From: Acidobacteriota bacterium | Lineage (GTDB): Bacteria; Acidobacteriota; UBA6911; RPQK01; JAJDTT01 | Direction: 5' to 3' | DNA: 64,000 nt | NCBI GenBank assembly: GCA_965217775.1 | Contig: CBDCJH010000002.1 | Span: 2,880,001-2,944,000, forward strand | Shown here: positions 18,760 through 28,500 of the stretch, piece after piece | Layout: each line of letters opens with the position of its first letter | How positions within the stretch are numbered: the first letter of the stretch is position 1 | The notes under the pieces: generated by a model | What the model was told of the DNA's origin: nothing | Database searches by the model: none | What the model saw: the letters and a program-made list of their open reading frames with translations, nothing else | Program-made: the position numbers and the translations under genes

Positions 18760-20931
18760 ATGGACGAATATCTCCAAAACCTGAACGACCGGCAGAAGCT
18801 GGCGGTCACGACCACCGAGGGTCCCATGCTCGTGGTGGCCGGCGCCGGAAGCGGAAAAACACGGGTCATCACCTGCAAGGTCGCTCACCTGATCCACCAG
18901 GGGAGATGCCGTCCCTGGGAGATCCTGGGAGTCACCTTCACCAACAAGGCGGCCGAGGAAATGCGTCTTCGGGTGGAGGGCCTGCTGCAGGGCCTGGACT
19001 CGGTCCCGAGTCTGTCGACCTTTCATTCCTTCTGCGTCCGGGTTCTGCGCCGGCATGCCGAACACTTGGGCTACGGCCGGGACTTCGCCATCTGCGACAC
19101 GGATGATCAGAACGCCGTTCTCAAGAAGATCTGCAAGGATGCGGGCGTCAGTTCGCCGGTGCGCAGGATCCGAAGCCTCATCAGCAAAAGGAAAAACCAG
19201 AGCCGGAGACGAGTATACGATTTCCACTACGACTCCGACCCCTACGACCAGGAGGGTGTGGAGCCGGTGATGGCGCGCTATCAGGCGCATCTGGAGAAGT
19301 CCAACGCCATGGACTTCGACGACCTGCTTCTGCTCACGGACAAACTGTTTCGGGAACAGCCCGAAATCCGGGAGGCCTGGTCGGAACGATACCGCTATCT
19401 CCTCATCGACGAATACCAGGACACCAACGCCAGTCAATACGCCCTGGTCCGGCATCTGGCGTCGACCCACGGGAACGTGACCGCCGTGGGTGACGAGGAT
19501 CAGTCCATTTACGCCTTTCGAGGAGCGGACGTCGGCAACATTCTCAGCTTTGAAGAGGATTTCCCCGGCGCCGTCGTGGTCAAGCTGGAGCAGAACTACC
19601 GATCCCGCCAGAGCATCCTGGACGCCGCCATGGCGGTCGTCTCTCACAACTCGGAGAGAAAGCCCAAACGGCTCTGGACCCGGAATCCCCACGGGGAGCC
19701 GGTCGAGGTCCATTCGGCGGAGAGTTCATACGCGGAATCCCGGTTCGTGTGCCGGCGGATCGAACGCTACCTCCAACAGGGCGAGACGGGAGTCGCCGTC
19801 TTGTATCGCATCAATTTTCTGTCCCGTCAGTTCGAGGACACTTTGAACCGCTTCGGGCTCCCTTTCCGTCTGGTAGGAGGTGTGAGCTTCTACAAGCGGA
19901 AGGAGGTACGGGACGCCCTCGCCTACCTGAGGGTCGCCCGCAATCCCAGGGACAACCTGGCGTTGGAGCGAATTATCAATACTCCGCCCAGAGGCATCGG
20001 ACCAAAGAGCCTGGCCCGGCTCCGCCTGGGGGCGGCGCGAAACGGCGACTCGCTCTGGGACGCCGTTCGCCGGGACGCCGATCAGGACGATACTCCCCGG
20101 AGGTTGCGAAACGTCCTGGAACGGTTCGTCGCCCTGGTCGGTCAGTGGCGGCAATGGATCGACCTGGAGCAGTCCCTTCAGGTCGTCCTGGAACAGGTCC
20201 TCCATTCCAGCGGCTATGCCCGGGCGCTGGAAAGAGAAGAATCGGAGGAGGCCAACAACAGGCTGTTGAACCTGCAGGAGCTCCTGGGCGTGGCTCGCGA
20301 CCATTCGGGCTCCGGCCGGAGCCTCCAGGAATTCCTGGACGAAACCGCGCTCCGATCGGAAGCGGACGACTACGACGAGGCGGCCCCGGTCACGCTGATG
20401 ACGCTCCACAACGCCAAGGGACTCGAGTTTCCCATCGTCTTCCTGGTGGGAATGGAGGAAAAGCTGCTGCCCCACACCCGGTCGCTGGCGGAGGGCAACG
20501 TGGAAGAAGAACGGCGACTCTGCTACGTGGGAATGACCCGGGCCCGGAAGCGCCTGATCCTCACCCTGGCCCGCACCCGGAGGATGTGGGGGGGAGATGT
20601 GGAGGAGCGCCGCCAAGCGAGCAGCTTCCTGGCCGAGATCCCCCGGCGCCTGGTGCGATACTCCGGACCGGAGTGGTCTCAGGTCCAGCTCTGGGGGACC
20701 GGTCACTCCCCAGGACGTTCCGGGACCCCGGGCTCCGGGTCCGGACGGACGGCGGGCGTCTCCAGGAGCCGGAGCTTCGCCCCGGGGGTCAGAGTGGAGC
20801 ATCCCGAATACGGGCACGGCACCGTCTTGCAGGTCCAGAAGGTCCGGGACGATCTCAAGTTGACCGTCTCGTTCTCCGGGCGGGGGAAAAAAATGTTCTA
20901 CCAGAGATACGCGAGGGTCAAGCTCCTCTGA
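18760..20931 (+). CDS. pcrA: UvrD/PcrA family ATP-dependent DNA helicase
   Basis: AGAGSGKT, DEYQD, VGDEDQSIY, LEQNYRS, TLHNAKGLEF, EERRLCYVGMTRA. Confidence 0.93.
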   Translation: MDEYLQNLNDRQKLAVTTTEGPMLVVAGAGSGKTRVITCKVAHLIHQGRCRPWEILGVTFTNKAAEEMRLRVEGLLQGLDSVPSLSTFHSFCVRVLRRHAEHLGYGRDFAICDTDDQNAVLKKICKDAGVSSPVRRIRSLISKRKNQSRRRVYDFHYDSDPYDQEGVEPVMARYQAHLEKSNAMDFDDLLLLTDKLFREQPEIREAWSERYRYLLIDEYQDTNASQYALVRHLASTHGNVTAVGDEDQSIYAFRGADVGNILSFEEDFPGAVVVKLEQNYRSRQSILDAAMAVVSHNSERKPKRLWTRNPHGEPVEVHSAESSYAESRFVCRRIERYLQQGETGVAVLYRINFLSRQFEDTLNRFGLPFRLVGGVSFYKRKEVRDALAYLRVARNPRDNLALERIINTPPRGIGPKSLARLRLGAARNGDSLWDAVRRDADQDDTPRRLRNVLERFVALVGQWRQWIDLEQSLQVVLEQVLHSSGYARALEREESEEANNRLLNLQELLGVARDHSGSGRSLQEFLDETALRSEADDYDEAAPVTLMTLHNAKGLEFPIVFLVGMEEKLLPHTRSLAEGNVEEERRLCYVGMTRARKRLILTLARTRRMWGGDVEERRQASSFLAEIPRRLVRYSGPEWSQVQLWGTGHSPGRSGTPGSGSGRTAGVSRSRSFAPGVRVEHPEYGHGTVLQVQKVRDDLKLTVSFSGRGKKMFYQRYARVKLL

Positions 20932-21069
20932 CCGAGCCGGACCGCGAGTCCGGCACCGGCGTCGTACAATCGCCGGTAGAATGTGAACCCCGGCCGGAGA
21001 CCCGGCGTATAACTTTACGAAAGAACAGACCGACGATCACGATTCGAAATCGAGCGGAGGATAGAAAGC

Positions 21070-22701
21070 ATGACCTTGCGAAACACGCTGTTCCGGCACC
21101 GGTCCGGTGTCGGCTTTCTCGCCGTCCTGGCCGCCTTGGCTTTGGGCATCGCCATTGGAACCGTGCTCGTTCTGGATGGTGTCTCCAGCACGGAGAAAGA
21201 GCCGAACTCTCGACTGAAGACTCCTGAGGGACGGGCAAAACCGCTGGTCGCGGTCAACGGGGCCAGCTTGACGGAAGGTTTCACCCGGGTGGCCGAGACC
21301 GTGGAGGCGGCGGTGGTCAACATCAATACCATCTCCATCGTCAACACGGAGCGGCGCCAGAGGGAGTTGCGGGAGTTCTTCGGAGACAACTTCTGGAACC
21401 GTATGCCCAGGGGACCCGCCCGGCGGACCAGTCTGGGCTCGGGGGTGATCGTCGACAGCCAGGGTTATATCCTCTCCAACCATCATGTGATCGCTCCGGT
21501 CGAGGAGAACGTCGGCCGGCGGGTGGCCGACAAGATCTCCGTGACCCTCCATTCGGGGGAGACCCATCCGGCTGTGGTCGTGGGGGTCGATCATGAGTCG
21601 GACCTGGCCGTGATCAAGATCAAGGCCCCTGAAGCTCTGCCCTTCGTCCCGGTGGGCGATGCCACCGACCTTCGGATCGGCGAGTGGGTGCTGGCCATCG
21701 GCAATCCCTTCGGCGTGGGCAAGACCATCACCGCGGGGATCGTCTCGGCGACGGCGCGAGTCATCGGCGGGCCGGTCATGGGAGCGGCGTTCGGGGACTT
21801 CATTCAGACCGACGCCGCCATCAATCCGGGCAACAGCGGCGGCCCACTGGTAAACATGTCGGGTGAAGTCGTGGGAATCAATACTCTCATCGTCTCCGGT
21901 TCCCGGGGTTCGCAGGGGGTCGGGTTCGCCATCCCTTCCACAGTCTTCGTCAACTCCTACAACCAGCTCTTGAGCAAGGGAAAGATCGAACGGGGCTGGA
22001 TGGGAATCTCCATGAACGACCGGCCCCTGAACCCGGAGATGGCCGAGTATTTCGGAGTCGCGGGAGAAGATCCGGACGGGATCAAGGACGGTGACGGCGT
22101 GCTGATCACGCAATTGGTAAACGAGAGAGGCGAGCCGAACGAGACCGGACCGGCATACGACGCAGGAATCCGGGAAGAGGACATCATCGTGAAACTGGGA
22201 GACCAGGAGGTGGAAACCAACTTCGACCTGCGTGTGACCGTGGCCAACACTCCTCCCGGGGACGAGCTTCCCGTGGTGGTGGTCCGCCGGGGAGAAGTGA
22301 AGAACTTCACGGTGATGCTGGCCGAACGCACGATGGAGGCCCAGGAACGGTCGGAGGCCGGAGGACTATCCTTCGAAGCGGAGGAGGACCAGGAGAAACG
22401 GCGCAAAGAGATCGGGCTGAGGTGGCGTACCTTGAATCCCCGGGATTCCGACCAGTTGGGACTGGACGAGGAGGGTGGTGTGTTCATCACCGAGATCTGG
22501 CCCGGCAGTCTCGGCGACGAGGCGGGGCTGAGGCGTTTCGATATCATCACCCACGTGAACGGGAAAGCGGTGCAGACCGACCGCGAGTTCAAGGAGACCA
22601 TCGACGGCATCGAGCCGGACCACGCCATCATCCTCCGTGTCGTGAGCATCAATCAGAACCGAAGACCCTCCGTGCGTTACGTCTCGTTCCGGAAACCCTG
22701 A
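21070..22701 (+). CDS. HtrA/DegP (Do) family serine protease with PDZ domains
   Basis: GSGVI, SNHHV, DLAVIK, QTDAAINPGNSGGPL; two PDZ-like segments; N-terminal membrane anchor. Confidence 0.93.
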   Translation: MTLRNTLFRHRSGVGFLAVLAALALGIAIGTVLVLDGVSSTEKEPNSRLKTPEGRAKPLVAVNGASLTEGFTRVAETVEAAVVNINTISIVNTERRQRELREFFGDNFWNRMPRGPARRTSLGSGVIVDSQGYILSNHHVIAPVEENVGRRVADKISVTLHSGETHPAVVVGVDHESDLAVIKIKAPEALPFVPVGDATDLRIGEWVLAIGNPFGVGKTITAGIVSATARVIGGPVMGAAFGDFIQTDAAINPGNSGGPLVNMSGEVVGINTLIVSGSRGSQGVGFAIPSTVFVNSYNQLLSKGKIERGWMGISMNDRPLNPEMAEYFGVAGEDPDGIKDGDGVLITQLVNERGEPNETGPAYDAGIREEDIIVKLGDQEVETNFDLRVTVANTPPGDELPVVVVRRGEVKNFTVMLAERTMEAQERSEAGGLSFEAEEDQEKRRKEIGLRWRTLNPRDSDQLGLDEEGGVFITEIWPGSLGDEAGLRRFDIITHVNGKAVQTDREFKETIDGIEPDHAIILRVVSINQNRRPSVRYVSFRKP

Positions 22702-22735
22702 GGACAATCTCCAACCCTGGTGAGGGCTCGCTCTA

Positions 22736-23539
22736 TTGATCCCGACTGACGTGGAGGCTCCACCGGATTGGTTGTGCGTCCTGAGCCCGCCACTGGACGG
22801 CGCTTCCAACATGCGGATCGACCGGCGGTTGCAGCTCTTCACGGAGCAAAGCTGCCGCCGCGTGACGCTGGTTCGTTTCTACGGTTGGACGGAACCGACC
22901 GTCTCATTGGGATGTCATCAAAGTCCTGACCTGGCTTTCGCCAAGAACTACTGCCGGACGCACGGCATCCCGTGGGTCCATCGTCCCACCGGCGGTCGAG
23001 CCGTATTCCACCACGATGAACTCACCTACATGGTGACATCCAACGACAGCCGCCATTTTCCGCTGCAGAGCGTCCGGAGGATCCACCGCGAGATTTCTTC
23101 GGCTTTGCAGGCCGGGTTGTCCCGGCTGGGAATCCGCCCCGTATCGGCGCCCGGAGACAGGCTCCGGGACCGGGCTCTGACACGAGCCCAAAAACCCTGT
23201 TTCGTGGCGCCGTCACGGCACGAACTCGTCCAGGGCACGAGAAAGATGGTGGGGAGCGCCCAGAAGAAGACGAAGCGCAGCTTTCTGCAGCATGGTTCGA
23301 TTCCGTTGGTGATTCACTACGATCTCATGGCCGCCGCCCTGGGAGTCGATGCGGAGTTTCTGAGATCGAGGACCGTCAGTGTGTCGGAAGCCGCAGGCAG
23401 GCCGGTCTCCTTCGGCGAGTTGTCCCAAGCCCTGATTCAGGGCTTTCAGCAGGTATTCGGCATCCGTTTCCGGAAGACGATTGACGACTCCCGGGAGTGG
23501 TCTCCGGGCATTGCCTCCGGCCAAGCCGTTATGCTATAA
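22736..23539 (+). CDS. Lipoate-protein ligase A / LipM-like octanoyltransferase family
   Basis: NMRID, RPTGGRAVFH, ELTY, CF, KMVGSAQ, LQHGSI. Confidence 0.88.
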   Translation: MIPTDVEAPPDWLCVLSPPLDGASNMRIDRRLQLFTEQSCRRVTLVRFYGWTEPTVSLGCHQSPDLAFAKNYCRTHGIPWVHRPTGGRAVFHHDELTYMVTSNDSRHFPLQSVRRIHREISSALQAGLSRLGIRPVSAPGDRLRDRALTRAQKPCFVAPSRHELVQGTRKMVGSAQKKTKRSFLQHGSIPLVIHYDLMAAALGVDAEFLRSRTVSVSEAAGRPVSFGELSQALIQGFQQVFGIRFRKTIDDSREWSPGIASGQAVML

Positions 23540-23540
23540 A
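23511..23540 (+). promoter_or_regulatory. Candidate sigma70 promoter for hrcA
   Basis: TTGCCT-18 bp-TATAAA with TGn extension, 34 bp before the hrcA ATG. Confidence 0.45.
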
Positions 23541-23574
23541 ACCTCGGCAATCTACAGAGTTTTACTGGTCCGTG

Positions 23575-24639
23575 ATGACGAAGAGTAAGCCCTCGGCGGA
23601 ACTCACTCAACGCGCTCACCAACTGCTCCACCTGCTGGTTCTCGAGTACATTCGAACCGGCGTACCCGTCGGCTCCAAGAGGTTGGCGTCTCTCCATCGG
23701 GAGGGGATCAGTCCCGCGACCATTCGAGCCATCATGGCCCGGCTGGAACAAGCGGGATTCCTGAACCAGCCCCACACGTCCGCGGGAAGAGTCCCCACCA
23801 CCAAGGGCTTTCAGTTCTATATCGACGGGTTGGAGAGGACTCCTGACCTGCCCCACCGGCAAGTGGCCCGGATCCGGCAGATGCTGGAGCAGGAGACGGA
23901 TCCTGGCGACCTCATGGTCCAGACGTCTCAGATCCTTTCCCGGCATTCCAACAATCTCGGGTTCGTCCTGGCTCCGCCGCAGTCGGTGTCATTTCTCAAA
24001 CGAATCGAGTTCGTGAAAATCTCATCCCGACGGATCCTGGCCATACTGGTAACTCGCGCAGGCTTGGTTCAGAGTCGCCTGATCGCGTCCAGCCGGGATC
24101 TGAATCAGGAGGATCTGGACCGGGCCGGCCGCTTTTTCCAAGAGGAATTCCAGGGACAGACCCTGTCCCATATCCGTCGTGAACTCCGGAGACTTCAGAC
24201 CTGCAGCAGACGGGAGGCCCGTCCTCGCACCGACGCCATCCGTCTGGGATCGGCCAGCCTGTTCAGATCGCGGAGAAACCCAGGGAGCGATTCCGAGGTC
24301 TATTTCGGCGGGACCTCGCGGCTGCTTCAACAACCGGAGTTGACCGATCAGGATCGGGCAGCCGGTCTGTTCAGGACCATGGAGAGAAAGAGCCGCTTGG
24401 CCAAGGTTCTCACCGAACGTCTCGATGCCGACCAACCGGCTCCACGTGTGACCTTGGATCTGGATCGTCACATTCCGGAGATGCGGGGTTGGGCCATGAT
24501 CTCCTCACCCTATCTCTACCGGGAAAGAGTGGCGGGCAGCTTGGGAATTCTCGGTCCCAGGCGCATGAAATACGACAAGGGGATCAGCTTGGTCGGATAT
24601 GTAGCCCGGCTCTTCGGTCAGATCCTGAGCGCGGCGTGA
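23575..24639 (+). CDS. hrcA: Heat-inducible transcription repressor HrcA
   Basis: YIRTGVPVGSK, SPATIR, QPHTSAGRVPT, GILGPRRMKY; start moved to ATG at 23575. Confidence 0.95.
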   Translation: MTKSKPSAELTQRAHQLLHLLVLEYIRTGVPVGSKRLASLHREGISPATIRAIMARLEQAGFLNQPHTSAGRVPTTKGFQFYIDGLERTPDLPHRQVARIRQMLEQETDPGDLMVQTSQILSRHSNNLGFVLAPPQSVSFLKRIEFVKISSRRILAILVTRAGLVQSRLIASSRDLNQEDLDRAGRFFQEEFQGQTLSHIRRELRRLQTCSRREARPRTDAIRLGSASLFRSRRNPGSDSEVYFGGTSRLLQQPELTDQDRAAGLFRTMERKSRLAKVLTERLDADQPAPRVTLDLDRHIPEMRGWAMISSPYLYRERVAGSLGILGPRRMKYDKGISLVGYVARLFGQILSAA

Positions 24640-24673
24640 CCCGCCGCCAGATAGTCGACACGCGGTTTGAGCG

Positions 24674-24811
24674 CTAGCCCGCATTTCTCACCAGGCCGCT
24701 ATGTGTATGATGAAAAATATCTTTCTCATAGGCATTTACGCAATTTTTCCCAACGTCGCTCCGGAACCGACTGCGCTGGGCGCGCGCTCGCTGGTGAGAA
24801 ATGCGGGCTAG
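24674..24811 (-). mobile_element. MITE family B, short copy (130-bp core flanked by CTAG), inverted
   Basis: Perfect TIRs CTAGCCCGCATTTCTCACCAG / CTGGTGAGAAATGCGGGCTAG; the reverse complement aligns to the 5098 copy minus its hairpin. Confidence 0.88.
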
Positions 24812-24913
24812 AACCGGGCCTTGTCCTTTACCGTCTCGAAACGATCCCGTCTAACCTGAAACTTGCTCACGCGAAACCGCCGTGACCGGCAAGACCGAAA
24901 AGAGTTGAAGACA

Positions 24914-25510
24914 ATGGAACGACCAGAAGAAATCGAAAATCAATCCGAAGTCTCTTCCGACGAAGACGGTCAGGAAGGGCCGCAGGACGATCCTGCCCCG
25001 GCCGAGACCACCGAGTCGATTTACGAAGATGCTCTTGAGGACCTCGCCAGGCAGCGAGACGAATACTACGACCTGCTGCTCCGAAAACAGGCCGAGTTCG
25101 ACAACTACCGCAAGCGGACGGAGAAGAACCGATTCGAAGCCCGGCTTCAGGGACAGGCGGACCTGGTGGTCGAGCTGCTTCCCGTACTGGATGCCTGTGC
25201 CAAGGGACTGGAGGTCATGTCGGCGGCCGATCCGGATCCCGCCCTCACCCCGTATCTGGAAGGCTACCGCCTGCTCGCCGAACAGATGAAGGCGGTGTTG
25301 GAGAAGTTTCAGGTGACGACCGCTCCCGGAGTCGGCAGCCAGTTCGACCCCAGAGTTCACGAGGCGGTGCTTCGGGAGTTCACCCGGGAACATGAGGACG
25401 GCACCGTGATCGAGGAGTATCGGCCCGGTTACCTGATCCGGCGCCGGCTCCTCCGGGCCGCCCAGGTCAAGGTGGCCATGCTTCCACCGGACGAACCTCC
25501 GGGTCGGTAA
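24914..25510 (+). CDS. grpE: Nucleotide exchange factor GrpE
   Basis: AEFDNYRKR, LLPVLD, FDPRVHEAV, GY..RLLRAAQVKV; start moved to ATG at 24914. Confidence 0.95.
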   Translation: MERPEEIENQSEVSSDEDGQEGPQDDPAPAETTESIYEDALEDLARQRDEYYDLLLRKQAEFDNYRKRTEKNRFEARLQGQADLVVELLPVLDACAKGLEVMSAADPDPALTPYLEGYRLLAEQMKAVLEKFQVTTAPGVGSQFDPRVHEAVLREFTREHEDGTVIEEYRPGYLIRRRLLRAAQVKVAMLPPDEPPGR

Positions 25511-25591
25511 GGGGCCCAGTCTTGGGTCCCTGCCCAGGGACCGGGGTCTGGTGGGAAACTCGGGTCAGTCCGCACCGCAGAGTGGAACACC

Positions 25592-28500
25592 ATGAAACAG
25601 GACGGTTTTCTCGATCCTTACCAGCCCGTGGCAAAAGTCGTCACGGCATTCGACCGGCCCTGCATCCCGGCGGACTGCGTTGCTATCGGCTCACATACTC
25701 CCGGTATGCTCCCTCATCGCGCCTGGTCCGGCGGGCGCAGGACCGGTCTCGGTGCTCGCGGGACTTTCACCACGGACTGTTACGAAATTCTGCCCGCCGA
25801 CCATGAGGGCGGAAGACGAAAGGAAGTCCGGTCCGGAGAGCCGATCGCCATCGTGGGCATGGCCTGCCGGTTCCCCGGCGCGAGGAACCTGGCGGCCTTC
25901 TGGCGTTTGCTCGAAGCTGGCCGGAACGCCGTTATCGAAGGTATTCCCGGATCCGGCGCCGGGCGTGTGGGTGAACTCTTTCCGGATCCCTCGGTTCAGA
26001 GCGTGGCCTGCCGGTTCGGTGCCTACCTCGATGGAATCGACCGGTTCGACGCTCGGTTTTTCCGTATCTCGCCAGTCGAGGCACAACTGCTGGATCCTCA
26101 ACAGCGGCTGATGTTGGAGACCAGTTGGCAGGCCCTCGAGGATGCGGGAATCGATCCTGAACGTCTCAAGGGCAGCCGTACGGGAGTGTACGCCGGGATC
26201 AGCAACTACGACTATCGGGCGCTGATCCTGGACTCGGGTAAGTGTACCGAGCCTGCCAAAAGCCTCTATTCCGTAACGGGGACGTCGTTCAACACCGCCA
26301 TCGGGCGGGTGGCCTTCGTGCTGGGACTTGGGGGACCGGCATTGGCGTTGGATACTGCCTGCTCTTCATCTCTGGTCGCCATCCACCAAGCGGTGTCGGG
26401 CCTGCAGCGGGGAGAGTCCGACCTGGCGCTCGCGGGAGGCGTGCACGCGATCCTGTCCGGCCGGCTGCTGGAACTGCGTGCGAATGCCGGGATGCTTTCT
26501 CCGGATGGACGGTGCGCGACCTTTGATGCTGCAGCGAACGGGTACGTGCGGGGGGAAGGCTGCGGAATCCTGGTCCTCAAGCGGCTCAGCCAGGCGGAAG
26601 CGGACGGCGACCGAATCTGGGCCGTGATCCGCGGCGCGGCGGTGAACCAGGACGGGGCGACCCCGGGACTGACCGTTCCAAACCAGGCGGCGCAGACACA
26701 GGTTATCAAGGAGGCACTCTTTCGGGCGGGGGTCCGACCGGCGGAAGTGGACTACGTCGAAGCGCACGGTACGGGGACCGAGGTGGGCGACCCCATCGAG
26801 TTGCGTTCCACGGCGGCGGCGTACGCCAGGGGACGCCAAGCGGACCATCCGCTTCTGATCGGGTCGGTGAAGACGAATATCGGCCATCTGGAGCCCGCGG
26901 CGGGGGTCGCCGGCGTGATCAAGGTCGCACTCTCCATGAAGCACCGCGCAATTCCACGGCATTTGCACTTCCGAAACCCGACTCCGCAGGTGGACTGGGA
27001 CCGGCTGTGTCTGCGGGTGACTTCGGCACCGATGGAGTGGCCGTTCCATTCCGATCGCCCATTGAGGGCAGGCGTCAGCGGGTTCGGATGGTCGGGCACC
27101 AACGCCCATGTGGTGGTGGAGGGATACGAAGCGGCGAACGGGGCCGACGCCGGCCTGGACCTGAGGCGGCGGCCTCTGGGTTCGCCGAGGCCAATCGCCG
27201 TTTCACTGCCGGAGAGAATCCCGGAGCCGGCACTGGCCGGGAAAGGGCTTGCCCGGCGAAAGACACGTCTCCTGCCACTCTCGGCCAAGTCGGACAAGGC
27301 GCTTCGCCAACTGGCGGAGCGGTATCTGAGTTGGCTCGGCGAGCATCCCGGTGATCCGCTGCTGTGGGACATGGCGTGGACGGCGGGAGTGGGGCGCAGT
27401 CATTTCAGACATCGGGCAGGCGTGGTGTTCCGGGATGCCGGGTCGCTGAGGGAAGGCCTGAGGGGGATCGTAGAGCCGGAGGGTGGCTCGGGAACGGATC
27501 CGGGACCGGAGGCGGTCGCCAAGGTGGCGTTCGCATACGCGGGACAGGCCAGCCAGTGGGTCGGAATGGGGGAATCACTCTACCGGAGCGAGCCGGTGGT
27601 GCGGGCCGTTCTGGACCGGTGTGAGGAGGTGTTTCGGGAGGAGAGAGGGGCTTCGCTCCTGGATGTGATGTTCGGCCGGGGCGAATGCGCCGGGGATCTC
27701 GACGATCCGGCGTGGACCCAGCCGTCCATCTATGCGCTGGAGTGCGCGCTGACTGCGCTCTGGTCGAGCGTCGGCATTCGGCCGAGCGTCGTGGTCGGCC
27801 ACAGCCTGGGAGAGTTGGCGGCGGCCCAGGCGGCGGGGGTGTTCAGCCTCGAGGACGGGTTGCGGTTCGCCGCGTCCCGCGGGTTGCTGATGGCCAACCT
27901 CCCTGGCGGGGGGGCCATGGGAGCGATCTTCGCCCCGGCCTCCCGCGTGGCGGCAACGGTCGAGGAGATGAACGCGTCGTCCCGGGACTCGAGCCTCAGC
28001 GTGGCCGCGGACAACGGGGCGCATCAGGCGGTAAGCGGACCGGCGGCGGACGTCGAGTCCATTCTGGAGCGCTTCGAGAGAGAAGGGGTGCGGGTACGGC
28101 GGTTGAGGAAGAGCCCCGCCTACCACAGCGCTCTGGTCGAGCCGGCGCTGGACGACCTGGAAGCGGCGCTTGCCGGTGTCGCCATCGCGCCGCCCTCCCT
28201 GACCTTTGTCAGCACTCTGACCGGCCGGTCCGTCGGCCCCGGCACGGCCCTCGACGGAGCGTACTGGCGCCGCCAGACGGGAGAGCCGGTCGCCTTCCGT
28301 AGCGCAGTGGCGACGCTCGCCCAATTGGGGGTGGAGGCCATAGTGGAAGTTGGACCTCATGCCGTGCTGGGTCCGATGGTGGTTCTGGCTTGGCCCGAGT
28401 CGGCCGACTCTGGCGGTTCTCCGGCCGTGCTTTCGAGCCTCAGGCGTCCGGGCCGCCATGTTTCGGAGGAAGAGGCCGGGGACGCGTTCGTCGCGGCGGT

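Noticed and set aside
23480-23574. CIRCE operator upstream of hrcA
   Set aside because: No TTAGCACTC-N9-GAGTGCTAA match; only a weak half-site (TCGGCAATC) with wrong spacing
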